DNA of 64,000 nucleotides from Planctomycetota bacterium. Lineage in GTDB: Bacteria; Planctomycetota; PLA2; JAEUHO01. The notes beneath the pieces are model-generated. The model saw only the letters and a list, made by a program, of their open reading frames with translations. It was not told the DNA's origin and did no database searches. Within the stretch, counting starts at the first letter, position 1. Every line of letters starts with the position of its first letter. Both the position numbers and the translations under genes were made by a program. This document shows, in pieces, positions 1 to 9,481 of this stretch. The DNA is taken from assembly GCA_965222115.1 (NCBI GenBank), contig CBDCTJ010000007.1, positions 2,464,001 through 2,528,000 on the forward strand. Reading direction: 5' to 3'.

Positions 1-2201
1 TCACTTGGAAGCTTGGGAACGTCTTTCCCATCCTCGAACTGCCAATGCGGAAACTTGGTCTGAAGTAGTGTTTCAAGCACCGTCGGTTTGATGAGCTTGT
101 CCGCATCACGAAATCCGATCTGCAAGTGCCATCCGCCATCGACCGCCGCGAGCGCAGGGTCGGCGCCGGCAGCGTCTTCATCGGCGGCCTTGGGGTGTTC
201 GTATTTGGTGGGGGCCTCGAGAGACGAGTTCGGCATGAGGCGATCGTGGAGCACGCCCTCGATGTACTTCATGAACGCGCGCGACTGGAGCTCCTCGCTC
301 AACTCGCTTTGCTTCTCATCGAACAGGCGCTGCACCTTAATTTCCGTGGAGCGCCCTTCGGTGCCCACGGCAAGAACTTGGGCACTTGGAAAGGGCCCAA
401 CATTCAGTGTGACGGGGCGCAGCTTGTCTTCGCCCTTCTCGTCTTTGTACTCCTCCTGAATCGTGACTTCGCGGGCCTCGGAGAGCGCCTGCTTTACATC
501 GTCGACGGATGTTGTCTTGTGAAATGCGGCCTGCGCCTTGTAGCCACCCGTGAAGTCAACGTCATACAGCGTGTACTTATCGGTCCCGGCAAAGATAACC
601 AACCCGGTAACCACAGCGGCTACGGAGATAGGCAGGAACAGTCGACGAAGCCCAATCCAGTTGGTGCGCGGTGGCACACCGGTGCCGAGCATGCCGAGCT
701 TCTTGAGCCAACCCTTGTGCAACATCCACTCAACGATGGTACGCGTTACGAAGATGGCCGTGAACATAGAGACCATCAGGCCGATGGCCAGCGTGATTGC
801 GAATCCACGCACGGGACCCGAACCAAATTTGAACAGGAAGATGGCCGTAATGATGGACGTTACGTTGGCGTCGATGATGGCGCTCAGTGCGCGGTCATAG
901 CCTTCGGACACCGCGCGGCGCAGGCTCCGGCCGCCGCGTAACTCCTCACGAATACGCTCGTTAATCAGAATATTCGCGTCCACCGCCATACCCACGGTCA
1001 ACACAATGCCGGCGATACCCGGCAGTGTGAGGACTGCCTGGAAGAACGCCAAAAAGCCCACCAGCAACACAAGGTTGAGCAGCAGCGCGATGTTGGCCAC
1101 CATGCCTGTGGCGCGGTAGTAGATGAACATGAACACAAGCACGAGCAGGAAAGCCACGATGATCGAAAGCAGGCCGCGATTTCGCGACTCACCCGCAAGC
1201 GAGGCGCCGATTCGCGTCTGCGCTTCCAGCGTGGGCTGTACTTTCAGCGAACCGGTTTGAAGCACTGTAGCAAGCTGCTCGGCTTCCTCCTGTGTCGACC
1301 GGCCAAGCGTGATTTGCACGTTGTCTCGTAGCGTTTCCTGAATCGTGGGTGCGGAGAAGTACTCCTTGTTCAGGATGATGGCCATGGGGAGCTTCTTGTT
1401 CCGACCCGTCCACTCGGCAAACACATTTTGATATTCGTTCTTGACGTTGTAGAGCACGACCCAGCCGGGATTGCTCATATCGGCTGAAGGCGCCGCAACT
1501 GGATTGACCAGGATACGGCCATCAAAGAAATAGCGGTCGCCAGGCCCGCCGGTTTCTTCAAGTACGTGAAACTCGTTGACGTTTGATCCTGGTGCCCCTT
1601 TGGACTTGACGACTCGAAAGCGTTTGTCGGACGGCTTGTATTCGATGCCCTTGTCGCGCGCTGCCTGCCAGAGTTCGACTTCCTTCTTCTTGAATGCCTC
1701 GAATCTTCGTTCGGCGGCTTCGTCTGATTCCGTGGGCGAGAGTTTCGGCCAGACTCCTTTACGCTCGGGGATTTGATCTTCCCTATTTCCGGCTCTCGCG
1801 AGGTACGTGCTGTCCGGCAATACCTCGATTTGAAACCGCAGGTCACCGAGTTGCGTAACGAGGCCCGCAATGTAGTCGGCTCGTGACGCCGCGCCCGACG
1901 GCAGTGAAATCTCGAACTTGTTGTCACCCAGCGGCGTGATGTTGGTCTCCGCCAACCCGGATGCGTTGATACGTTGGTCGATGACCTTGATCGTATCCGT
2001 GACGACCTTGACCGGATCGGTCGTAGGTTCAATATCTCCACGCGCAATCGCGCGTTCCAAATCGAGTGAAAATCGTAGGGTCGTTCCACCCTCCAAGTCT
2101 TGCCCGAGTTTGATTCCCGAGGCCAGGAAGGCCCAAATCAAGATGCCGGTGACCGCGAGGATGACCCAGAACCGGCCCTTTAGATCGGATTGTTCAATCA
2201 T
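1..2201 (-). CDS. secDF: Protein translocase SecD-SecF fusion (runs off the left edge of the window)
   Basis: Manually translated from ATG 2201 (GGAG upstream): MIEQSDLKGRFWVILAVTGILIWAFLASGIKLGQDLEGGT. In-frame SecD motifs GMAVDANILINERIREEL and GSGPVRGFAITL, then SecF start DVDFTGG. Confidence 0.93.
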   Translation of the reverse strand, partial: MIEQSDLKGRFWVILAVTGILIWAFLASGIKLGQDLEGGTTLRFSLDLERAIARGDIEPTTDPVKVVTDTIKVIDQRINASGLAETNITPLGDNKFEISLPSGAASRADYIAGLVTQLGDLRFQIEVLPDSTYLARAGNREDQIPERKGVWPKLSPTESDEAAERRFEAFKKKEVELWQAARDKGIEYKPSDKRFRVVKSKGAPGSNVNEFHVLEETGGPGDRYFFDGRILVNPVAAPSADMSNPGWVVLYNVKNEYQNVFAEWTGRNKKLPMAIILNKEYFSAPTIQETLRDNVQITLGRSTQEEAEQLATVLQTGSLKVQPTLEAQTRIGASLAGESRNRGLLSIIVAFLLVLVFMFIYYRATGMVANIALLLNLVLLVGFLAFFQAVLTLPGIAGIVLTVGMAVDANILINERIREELRGGRSLRRAVSEGYDRALSAIIDANVTSIITAIFLFKFGSGPVRGFAITLAIGLMVSMFTAIFVTRTIVEWMLHKGWLKKLGMLGTGVPPRTNWIGLRRLFLPISVAAVVTGLVIFAGTDKYTLYDVDFTGGYKAQAAFHKTTSVDDVKQALSEAREVTIQEEYKDEKGEDKLRPVTLNVGPFPSAQVLAVGTEGRSTEIKVQRLFDEKQSELSEELQSRAFMKYIEGVLHDRLMPNSSLEAPTKYEHPKAADEDAAGADPALAAVDGGWHLQIGFRDADKLIKPTVLETLLQTKFPHWQFEDGKDVPKLPS

Positions 2202-2436
2202 GATGAAACTCCATCTGCCGCTTCCGTGCGTGCAGACCATGGACGGCGGGCCGAAGCCCGACTTCGAAAGAAAGCTCTCGTAGGTTCACTGAACGACGTT
2301 CAGATTGAGATCACGCTTACGAGAATGCGCCCAACGCACACACAGCATTCGTGCATGCGGTTCGAGTCTGCCTTGGCTAGCGCGACGTGCCGCGTCGAGG
2401 CAGTTGGGGACGGGCTAAGCCCCCAATGCATGTGGA

Positions 2437-2859
2437 TCAACAGTGCAAGACGATCGACGCGAGCCGTTCAAGGTCGGTTTGGCAGCGAGAGTCAAAGCTG
2501 TCGCGCGTGGTACGCGCCGCGAGACGTGAGCCATCCAGCGCGCTCAAAGCGGCAGGCCGTTGACCAAAGAAGAATGCGTACACGCTGCTGCCGGTGAGTT
2601 CGGCTCGTACAACGGAACACGTAATGAGGCCGTCGGTAGGTTTGTCGGTACCCAGTTTGGCACTGGCCATCGCCAGCGCCGCATTGACATTCGTAATTGC
2701 CGAGGCTTCGCGCGCGCTGCTTTCACCATCATCGTTTGCTTGTGCCGGTGATAAGCCAAAGCACACGGGGCTCACGAGTGACAACATGAGGATGGAAACG
2801 AGTCCCATGCGACGCAACCATGTCTCGCGATTCGACATACGTGGTTCGGTAGTTCGCAT
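2437..2859 (-). CDS. Small secreted hypothetical protein between yajC and secDF (candidate secretion-monitor uORF)
   Basis: Signal peptide (RRMGLVSILMLSLVSPVCFGLSPAQA). ATG lies 2 nt after the yajC stop; alternative start at 2838. Confidence 0.6.
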   Translation of the reverse strand: MRTTEPRMSNRETWLRRMGLVSILMLSLVSPVCFGLSPAQANDDGESSAREASAITNVNAALAMASAKLGTDKPTDGLITCSVVRAELTGSSVYAFFFGQRPAALSALDGSRLAARTTRDSFDSRCQTDLERLASIVLHC

Positions 2860-2861
2860 CG

Positions 2862-3269
2862 TTAGGAGGTCGCCCCTTCGGTGCTTCCGCTCGTTGGGGC
2901 GGACTTTCCTGAGGTTTTACTCTCGGACCCATCCAAGACTTGCCAGATGGCGCCTTTGGTAAAGCGCATACGCACACCGCGCTTTTCATCGACCAACAAC
3001 GTCACCGAGTCATTGTCCGAGGAAACGACGGTTCCATGAATGCCCGCATTGGTAATGACCTTGGTGTGTTTCTTGATGGAAGCGACTTTGGCCTCGCGAT
3101 CCTTCTTTTCTCGAATCCCTGGGCGAATCACCAGGAAGTAGAAGATCATGAATACGATTAAGAGGGGGGCAAGTGCACCGAGAATGCCGCCGCCGGGTGC
3201 TGCGGAATCAGCCGCCATCCAGCTACCCAGGGATGCCGTTACCTTGGCTGTGGCTTGAACGCAGTGCAA
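2862..3269 (-). CDS. yajC: Preprotein translocase subunit YajC
   Basis: IFYFLVIRP...KVITNAGIHGTVV motif, AGGAG before the TTG start, adjacent to secDF. Confidence 0.92.
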   Translation of the reverse strand: MHCVQATAKVTASLGSWMAADSAAPGGGILGALAPLLIVFMIFYFLVIRPGIREKKDREAKVASIKKHTKVITNAGIHGTVVSSDNDSVTLLVDEKRGVRMRFTKGAIWQVLDGSESKTSGKSAPTSGSTEGATS

Positions 3270-3418
3270 CGCGAAACTCCTGATACGAGCCCGTCATCCT
3301 AGGTAGACAGCACCCGAATCAGTCGAAATTGCTGCCCGCCGTGCGACGATGATCGCGCGGCGAGTCCTTCATTGCATTCACCATCTTTCGCTGCCAGATG
3401 GTCAGGGATCCAGAATCG

Positions 3419-4510
3419 ATGCGCCTGCTTGCCGCCCTCTCCGGAGGGGTTGACAGTGCTGTTGCCGCCGCGCGCGCCATTCAATCGGGCGCCGACGTTG
3501 TGGCTGTACACCTACGAACCGGCGTTGAGCAGGATGGCGCAGCGGCCGGCGGAGCCCGAAGTTGCTGCGGTGCGGACGATGCCCGCGACGCCCGGGCCAT
3601 CGCCAGCACGTTGTCGATCCCGTTCTATGTCGTGGACGTTCGCCAATCGTTTGGTCGCGTCATCGATGCCTTTGAACGCGACTATGTGGCGGGTCGCACG
3701 CCGAGCCCGTGCGTGTTGTGCAACCAGTGGGTCAAATTCGGGCGCCTGGTTGAGATTGCCCATGAACTCGGCGCGAGCGCTGTCGTTACAGGTCACTATG
3801 CGCGTACCGAAACCACGACCGACGGACGCATCCGCTTGTTGCGTGGGCGTGATCCGCGTAAGGACCAGAGTTATATGCTCTGCCGACTGAACCAAGATCA
3901 ATTGCGGGCCGCACGGTTTCCGTTGGGTGACACAATCAAAGACGACGTTCGCGACGAAGCTCGTGAGCTTGGCCTTGGCGTTGCCGACAAGCCCGACAGT
4001 CAAGAGCTCTGTTTTCTTCCCGCGGGCGGCGCCCGTGAGTACTTGGCAAAGAAGCGCGCAAACGACAATCGTCCCGGTGTGTTTGTTGACGAGCACGGGA
4101 ACGAAGTCGCGTCACACGATGGCGCGCTGGGTTACACCATGGGTCAACGTAAGGGACTGCCCGCGGTTGGAACGCCACGCTACGTAAAGGATGTGTCACC
4201 CAGCACCGGCGTCATTCGCATGGCGCCGCGGGAACACCTCATGCACAGTGAAGTCGCCGGTAGCGACGTCAACTGGATTGACTGCGATGCGCCGAAGAGC
4301 GGGTCGATCTTGCATGGGCTTCACGCACGGATTCGCCATGCCTCGCCACCGCAAGCGGGGACGCTTCACATCCAAGGCAACACTGTCACGTTTCGATTTG
4401 ACGACCCGGTGTTTGCACCAACGCCCGGACAGGTGCTCGTCGTCTATCGCGAAGACGCCGTAGTGTGTGGCGCCACGATTGAGCCGTCCGCGGTTGATAC
4501 GCAGGGCTAG
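3419..4510 (+). CDS. mnmA: tRNA-specific 2-thiouridylase MnmA
   Basis: ALSGGVDS, TPSPCVLCN, TGHYAR, KDQSY, DSQELCF, YTMGQRKGL, PGQ motifs. Confidence 0.96.
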   Translation: MRLLAALSGGVDSAVAAARAIQSGADVVAVHLRTGVEQDGAAAGGARSCCGADDARDARAIASTLSIPFYVVDVRQSFGRVIDAFERDYVAGRTPSPCVLCNQWVKFGRLVEIAHELGASAVVTGHYARTETTTDGRIRLLRGRDPRKDQSYMLCRLNQDQLRAARFPLGDTIKDDVRDEARELGLGVADKPDSQELCFLPAGGAREYLAKKRANDNRPGVFVDEHGNEVASHDGALGYTMGQRKGLPAVGTPRYVKDVSPSTGVIRMAPREHLMHSEVAGSDVNWIDCDAPKSGSILHGLHARIRHASPPQAGTLHIQGNTVTFRFDDPVFAPTPGQVLVVYREDAVVCGATIEPSAVDTQG

Positions 4511-4677
4511 GCACGCGCGTGGTTGTGACGAACACCATGACAACGTCGGCTCTCCATCGGGCGTATAGCTGTGATGCAGGGGAACGCGCCACCATGAATG
4601 AGGCGCCTCGTGTCACTACCCCGTCTCGTTGGACGCCCGACTGTCACGCGCGTGACGAATCAATTGCCATACGCGCA

Positions 4678-4714
4678 CGAACGAAAGAACCCTCCGGCGC
4701 ACCGCGCCGGAGGG
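4678..4714 (-). terminator. Intrinsic terminator of hup
   Basis: 11-bp stem CCCTCCGGCGC-acc-GCGCCGGAGGG (4690-4714) followed on the minus strand by TTCTTTCGTTCG. Confidence 0.75.
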
Positions 4715-4796
4715 CTCGGGAAACTCAGTCCGAAACAACTCGGTCAGAAACAACATGGTCTACCCAGTTGCGGAAAGGCTATGCGTTGTGGAAAGG

Positions 4797-5072
4797 CTAC
4801 GGCTTGAGCTTTTCCTTGAGGGCTTTCCCCGCCCGGAACGTAACGCCCACGGACGCAGGGATTTGGATGCGCGCCCCGGTTTGGGGATTCGTACCCATTC
4901 GCGCTTTACGCTCGGAGCGGCGGAACGTTCCGAAGCCAAGAATGGCAACATCCCCTCCGCTCACGAGGCCGTGGGTGACGGACTCGACAAATGCGTTGAG
5001 CGCGCGCTCGGCTTCGGCCTTGCTTGAGCCCAAGCGACCTGCCATCGCCTCTATTACTTCGGCTTTGTTCAT
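4797..5072 (-). CDS. hup: HU family DNA-binding protein
   Basis: MNKAEVIEAMA...GFGTF...RKARMGTNPQTG...FRAGKALK; GGAGG RBS before ATG 5072. Confidence 0.95.
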   Translation of the reverse strand: MNKAEVIEAMAGRLGSSKAEAERALNAFVESVTHGLVSGGDVAILGFGTFRRSERKARMGTNPQTGARIQIPASVGVTFRAGKALKEKLKP

Positions 5073-5180
5073 GGATCCTCCAGCGGCGCGACCCCGGTGG
5101 GGCTCGCGTGACAACCCGAATCCTAGCCAACACTTGGGCCGCGGAGCACCGGAATTCGAGACTGCCCTGAGGTCGCAGGC

Positions 5181-7493
5181 GTGAAGCAATGGACGCTGCG
5201 GGCCGGCATCCTCCTCTGTGTGGGCCTCGCCCTGGCCGATTTGCAACCAATTCCCATCGGTGACCCACCGCCTCCCAGGCTGATTCTTGACGTTTCCGCA
5301 AGCATGGGTCCCGCCGCTCAAGAGCATCCGGATGACATAAAATACGGTTATCCAGTAACTTATGTCGCATCCAGGGCGGCGGATATGCGCCTAGGGCAAG
5401 CCCCGCCCCAAGTAGGAACGGGCGCGACGCGGCTCGGAGAGGCCATTCGAAGGGCGCCCGAGGGTACAACCTTGATTTTGGTGAGCGACGGATTGGATAC
5501 CGATGGCGATGCCATCATGGCGTCCCGTGACCACCACCAAAAAGGCGGTCGCGTCTTCACACATCCGCCCAAATCCAGCGTTGCAGACGTGGGTTTGACC
5601 TCGCTGCGGGTGATTTCCGAGCGGCCTCGGGCCACATTCGAAGCCGAGCTTCATGCGACGACTTCCGGCGAAGCCCGACTGACACTTCAGCGTGAAGACC
5701 GAATTGCATTGGAGCGGACCCTCTCATTCGTGGCGGGCGAGACGAGGACCGTTGAGTTGGTGGATACCGTGCCCGTTGCCCGGGATGCGCCGCGAGCGCG
5801 CTACCGCGTTCGTCTAACGGTTGGCGCTGAGACGCCCAATGACATCGCCGAAAACGACGAGCTTAACGTTGTGCTTCAAGCCGGGACGCGACGCGCCCTG
5901 TGGTGGGGCGATCCCAATCTCGATCGCGATGCGTTGGCCCAGCGATCGGATGTCGCCATTCAGGTGGTCGACGTGTTGCGAGCCGCCGAAGTACGCGCCG
6001 CCGATGTTCTCGTAGTCTCGAACATCCCCTACTACGAGATTCGAGGACACACCGACGTCATCGAGTCATTTGTGGCGCGCGGCGGAAGCCTGCTCATGCT
6101 TGGAGGGCCCGACGCTTATGCAGGAGGTGGTTGGGGAGGGACGCACCTCGAGGAGCGTCTGTCGGCGCTGCAATCCAAGCGATCCGATCGAACCGCATTG
6201 GCACTCGTTCTTGCGCTTGATCACAGCGGGAGTATGGCGGGTGGCGCACTCCAGCGATTACGCGAATCGGTGCGGACCGCGGTTGCAGGGCTCGCACCCG
6301 ATGAACGGCTTGCGGTCTTGCCTTTCTCTTCCGGTCGCGATGCCACCCTGTTGACGCCGGGGTTCGTTTCGCGCGACGACACGGCGGCGGTTGAAACGTT
6401 GCTGCATGCGCTAGATGGATTGGAGGCGCGAGGGAGCACGCAGTTACTTCGTGCCATACAAGCGTCGGCGGCTCACCTGCGAGATGTGGATGCACGCGAG
6501 CGACGGGTGGTACTGCTCAGCGATGGCGATCCCGACCACGAGTTGAGTGAATCGGAACTCGAAGCCACACGGAAGATCTTGGTTGAAGAGCAAATCGGGT
6601 TCGGCGCACTTGTCGTGGGCATGAAACGCGTGGCCGATCGCCTTGTGACGTTGTCGTCCAATCCCAAGGATGTGGTGTTGCTGCGCCAGCCCGGCGCCTT
6701 TCCCGATTCGCTCCGACGACAGTTGCAACGTCGTCGTCGCAGTAAGGAACGTGTCAATCCTCCCATCACGCTAGTGATCGATGACGCTACTCGTTGTCCC
6801 ATCGATGCGAAGCTTACGATTCACTTTGCACATCGTCTGAGCGTCCATCCACAAGCCATTCGCATTGCACGGTTGACCGCCGGCCGCGGTCGAGAGTTGC
6901 TTCCCTTTGCCGCAGAGCGGCGGGTGGGGGCGGGCACCGTCGTGTCGGTGGCCTGGGGCCCTGAAGGTGAGCGCTCCATAGACCACGCACGCGCCACGGA
7001 CGCGTTGCTGCCGCTGGTCGTTCGCCTTGCCGCGCGCTCGGATCGCGGTCTCGCGGCCGAGATCAATGGAAACGAACTCATGGTTGTGGCGCCATTTGCA
7101 GCGAGCCTCGGTGTCTTGTCGCTGCTAGATGGCGAAGAACGGCCTGTGGGCGAGCTAATTGAACGTGAACCTGGCATGTTTGTTGGACCCATCCCGCTCG
7201 CCGACGGACTGTCGATTCGCCATGGGGACGCCCGGCACACACTGCGTCTGCCGGCGCGGCCCGCGCCCGAATTTCGTCGCATTGGCACCGACGAGATATC
7301 GCTCATGCGCATTGCGGATGCCGGTGGCGGGCGCCTACTGCAACGTGGGCAGTCGCCGCCACGCGCCGAGACGTTTCGCGGTTCCTCGTGGGCGCCGTGG
7401 TTTCTTCTCGCGGCGCTATTGCTCTTCGTGTGGGAACGTCACGAGTCAAACACCGCCAAACGTATGGCGCTTGGTGATGCGCTTGCCGGATGA
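5181..7493 (+). CDS. VWA-domain membrane/secreted protein
   Basis: Two MIDAS-like motifs (LDVSASM, LDHSGSM) with LVSDG/LLSDG, a GATase-like segment (GGSLLMLGGP) and a C-terminal TM (WAPWFLLAALLLFVWE). Confidence 0.8.
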   Translation: MKQWTLRAGILLCVGLALADLQPIPIGDPPPPRLILDVSASMGPAAQEHPDDIKYGYPVTYVASRAADMRLGQAPPQVGTGATRLGEAIRRAPEGTTLILVSDGLDTDGDAIMASRDHHQKGGRVFTHPPKSSVADVGLTSLRVISERPRATFEAELHATTSGEARLTLQREDRIALERTLSFVAGETRTVELVDTVPVARDAPRARYRVRLTVGAETPNDIAENDELNVVLQAGTRRALWWGDPNLDRDALAQRSDVAIQVVDVLRAAEVRAADVLVVSNIPYYEIRGHTDVIESFVARGGSLLMLGGPDAYAGGGWGGTHLEERLSALQSKRSDRTALALVLALDHSGSMAGGALQRLRESVRTAVAGLAPDERLAVLPFSSGRDATLLTPGFVSRDDTAAVETLLHALDGLEARGSTQLLRAIQASAAHLRDVDARERRVVLLSDGDPDHELSESELEATRKILVEEQIGFGALVVGMKRVADRLVTLSSNPKDVVLLRQPGAFPDSLRRQLQRRRRSKERVNPPITLVIDDATRCPIDAKLTIHFAHRLSVHPQAIRIARLTAGRGRELLPFAAERRVGAGTVVSVAWGPEGERSIDHARATDALLPLVVRLAARSDRGLAAEINGNELMVVAPFAASLGVLSLLDGEERPVGELIEREPGMFVGPIPLADGLSIRHGDARHTLRLPARPAPEFRRIGTDEISLMRIADAGGGRLLQRGQSPPRAETFRGSSWAPWFLLAALLLFVWERHESNTAKRMALGDALAG

Positions 7494-7494
7494 A

Positions 7495-8352
7495 ATGATG
7501 GCGAGCGATATGCCACTTCGCGTTCCCACCATCCGCGCGCTCGCGTTCTCGGTTCCAATCGCACTTTTGTTCGTGCTGGCCGGTTGCCAATCGGGCTCTG
7601 TGGCGGGCAAGGCGGATGGGGAGCTTGAGCGCAAGCCCTCCGATCGCAAGCTGGCAAAGCGCAAGGCTGCGAAGTCGCGATCGTTCTACTTGGGCTCAAA
7701 GGAGACCCAGGCATCGATCGCCCGCGACATTGAAGCGCTCGCCACCGCCTCGCCCGATCAGCATGCGACGATTCACCGTCGGCTTGTGGGTCGGGGGGAA
7801 GCATCCGTGCCCAAGCTCATGAAGGCGCTGACGCACCAAAGTCCACGTATCCGTATGCGCGCAGCGTACTCACTCGGCAGGTTGAACGACGTACGATCAT
7901 TCGATGCATTGGCAGCCGCGCAGCGGGATACCGATCCCGCCGTGGCGTTTGAGGCCGCAACGGCATTGGCTCGCTGCAAAGACGACCGCGGGTTGCCGCT
8001 GTTGATTCGCGGGCTGTCCCATGCGAAGGCCACAACGCGTGCTAGGTGTATGCAAGTACTCAATGAATGCACGGGTGAGACGTTCGGCTTTGTTGCCAAC
8101 GACCGCTTGGAGGATCGGGAAGCAGCGATTGCGCGTTGGCAAGGGTGGCTCGACCGACGCCGCTACGAACTCTACGACCACCATCGTGAAGAAAGTGAGT
8201 CGTCACGCGCCAAGCCGGGTGCTTCAGCGAGCGCGGACGCGGATTCAGATGGCCTGGGTCTCCCCATTGCACCGCGTAAAGGTCCATCGAACCAACCTGT
8301 CGATGAGCCGCCGCCCGTTGTTGGCTACGGCAGCCCGGATGGGGACGGGTAG
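7495..8352 (+). CDS. HEAT-repeat lipoprotein
   Basis: Lipobox LAGC; HEAT-like repeats (RIRMRAAYSLGRL, VAFEAATALA). Confidence 0.75.
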   Translation: MMASDMPLRVPTIRALAFSVPIALLFVLAGCQSGSVAGKADGELERKPSDRKLAKRKAAKSRSFYLGSKETQASIARDIEALATASPDQHATIHRRLVGRGEASVPKLMKALTHQSPRIRMRAAYSLGRLNDVRSFDALAAAQRDTDPAVAFEAATALARCKDDRGLPLLIRGLSHAKATTRARCMQVLNECTGETFGFVANDRLEDREAAIARWQGWLDRRRYELYDHHREESESSRAKPGASASADADSDGLGLPIAPRKGPSNQPVDEPPPVVGYGSPDGDG

Positions 8353-8357
8353 GTCCT

Positions 8358-8894
8358 ATGCAATCTCGCGAGCTTGCCATCGTCGTCTGTTTTGTGTTGG
8401 CCTTGTGCATTTCGGCATGCGGTGCAAAGCAAACCGGGCCCAAAAAGTCGCCCGCCGAATGGGTGGAACTCGCCGATCGTTATATGACGGCTAAGTCATG
8501 GCGCGAGGCGGGCAATGCGTATGTCTATGCGTTTCGACTAATCGATCCGGTACCGAGTGCATTGCAAGAAAGAGCGCTGCTTGCATTTCGGGCTGGCATG
8601 TCATTTGGCCGCGAAGCGCGTCACACAGACCCAAAGCTCGCGTTTACTTATGCGCGCGCAGCGTCGTTTTGGTTGACGCATACGTTGCGACTGCAGCCCA
8701 AGATGCGTCAAGCGCTCTATGAACGAGCGTTGTTGTACGAAACAAAGCTTGAAGGCATCGAAAATGTCGATCACGCCAAGCGCGACTACAAGGCGTATGT
8801 AGAGGCTACGGAGGCGTTGGGTGATGAACTTCCCGAGTCGGAACGTGGTCGAGTGAACCATGCAAGGGAACGGTTGGTGGCGCTGGGGAGGTAG
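8358..8894 (+). CDS. Helical (TPR-like) lipoprotein
   Basis: Lipobox ISAC, helical TPR-like pattern, 5 nt after the previous stop. Confidence 0.65.
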   Translation: MQSRELAIVVCFVLALCISACGAKQTGPKKSPAEWVELADRYMTAKSWREAGNAYVYAFRLIDPVPSALQERALLAFRAGMSFGREARHTDPKLAFTYARAASFWLTHTLRLQPKMRQALYERALLYETKLEGIENVDHAKRDYKAYVEATEALGDELPESERGRVNHARERLVALGR

Positions 8895-8930
8895 GCCGCT
8901 GGACGCGGCCTGAGATGGGGACGCTGCATT

Positions 8931-9232
8931 GGGAAGAAGCCTCTCACCAAGGGCAACCGTGGAATGGGGAGCACCCTGTGTAGTCGGTTCTTGGCCGCGC
9001 GCAGAGGCGCAGAGGGCGCAAGCGTTGGGGAGTGCAATTGGCGAGTGCGGATGTTCTTCGATGGCGGGGTATTGGCTGGAGAAAAGGAAGAAGAAGCTCA
9101 CACGAAGAACGCTAAGGAACGAAGCGCAGGCGCCGCAGACTAAACATTGAGCGTGCGTGGAATTGCGTTGTAGCGTGCCGCGGCTTGAAGAAGAAGGGTC
9201 TCACCAAGGGCACCAAGTTCACCAAGCGCACT
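8931..9232. repeat. REP-like composite repeat module, left copy
   Basis: Contains GCAGAGGCGCAGAG, CACCAAGGGCACCAAG and CACGAAGAACGCTAAG short tandem motifs; inverted counterpart at 10818-11070. Confidence 0.8.
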
Positions 9233-9481
9233 CGTTGAAAGGGGCGCTACGTTCCAAGTCGGTCCGATGTAGGAAAATGGCTCCAACGGGGCCAACGTTG
9301 ATAGCCCAGGATGCACATCGAGCGCAGCGAGATGAAATCCAGGGTTAATGGCCAAACAAGAAATTCGGCGCCCTGCAGGGGCGCAAGTGGGCTTGAAGCA
9401 ACAGACTTGGTGGAATGAGACGCTACGCAGTAGTGTATGGACTGACGTTGAGATTGACTCAACACTATCTAGTCGAGGCCC

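Noticed and set aside
4720-4800. Short imperfect tandem repeats downstream of hup
   Set aside because: Only two copies each, within a 3' UTR; too little signal.
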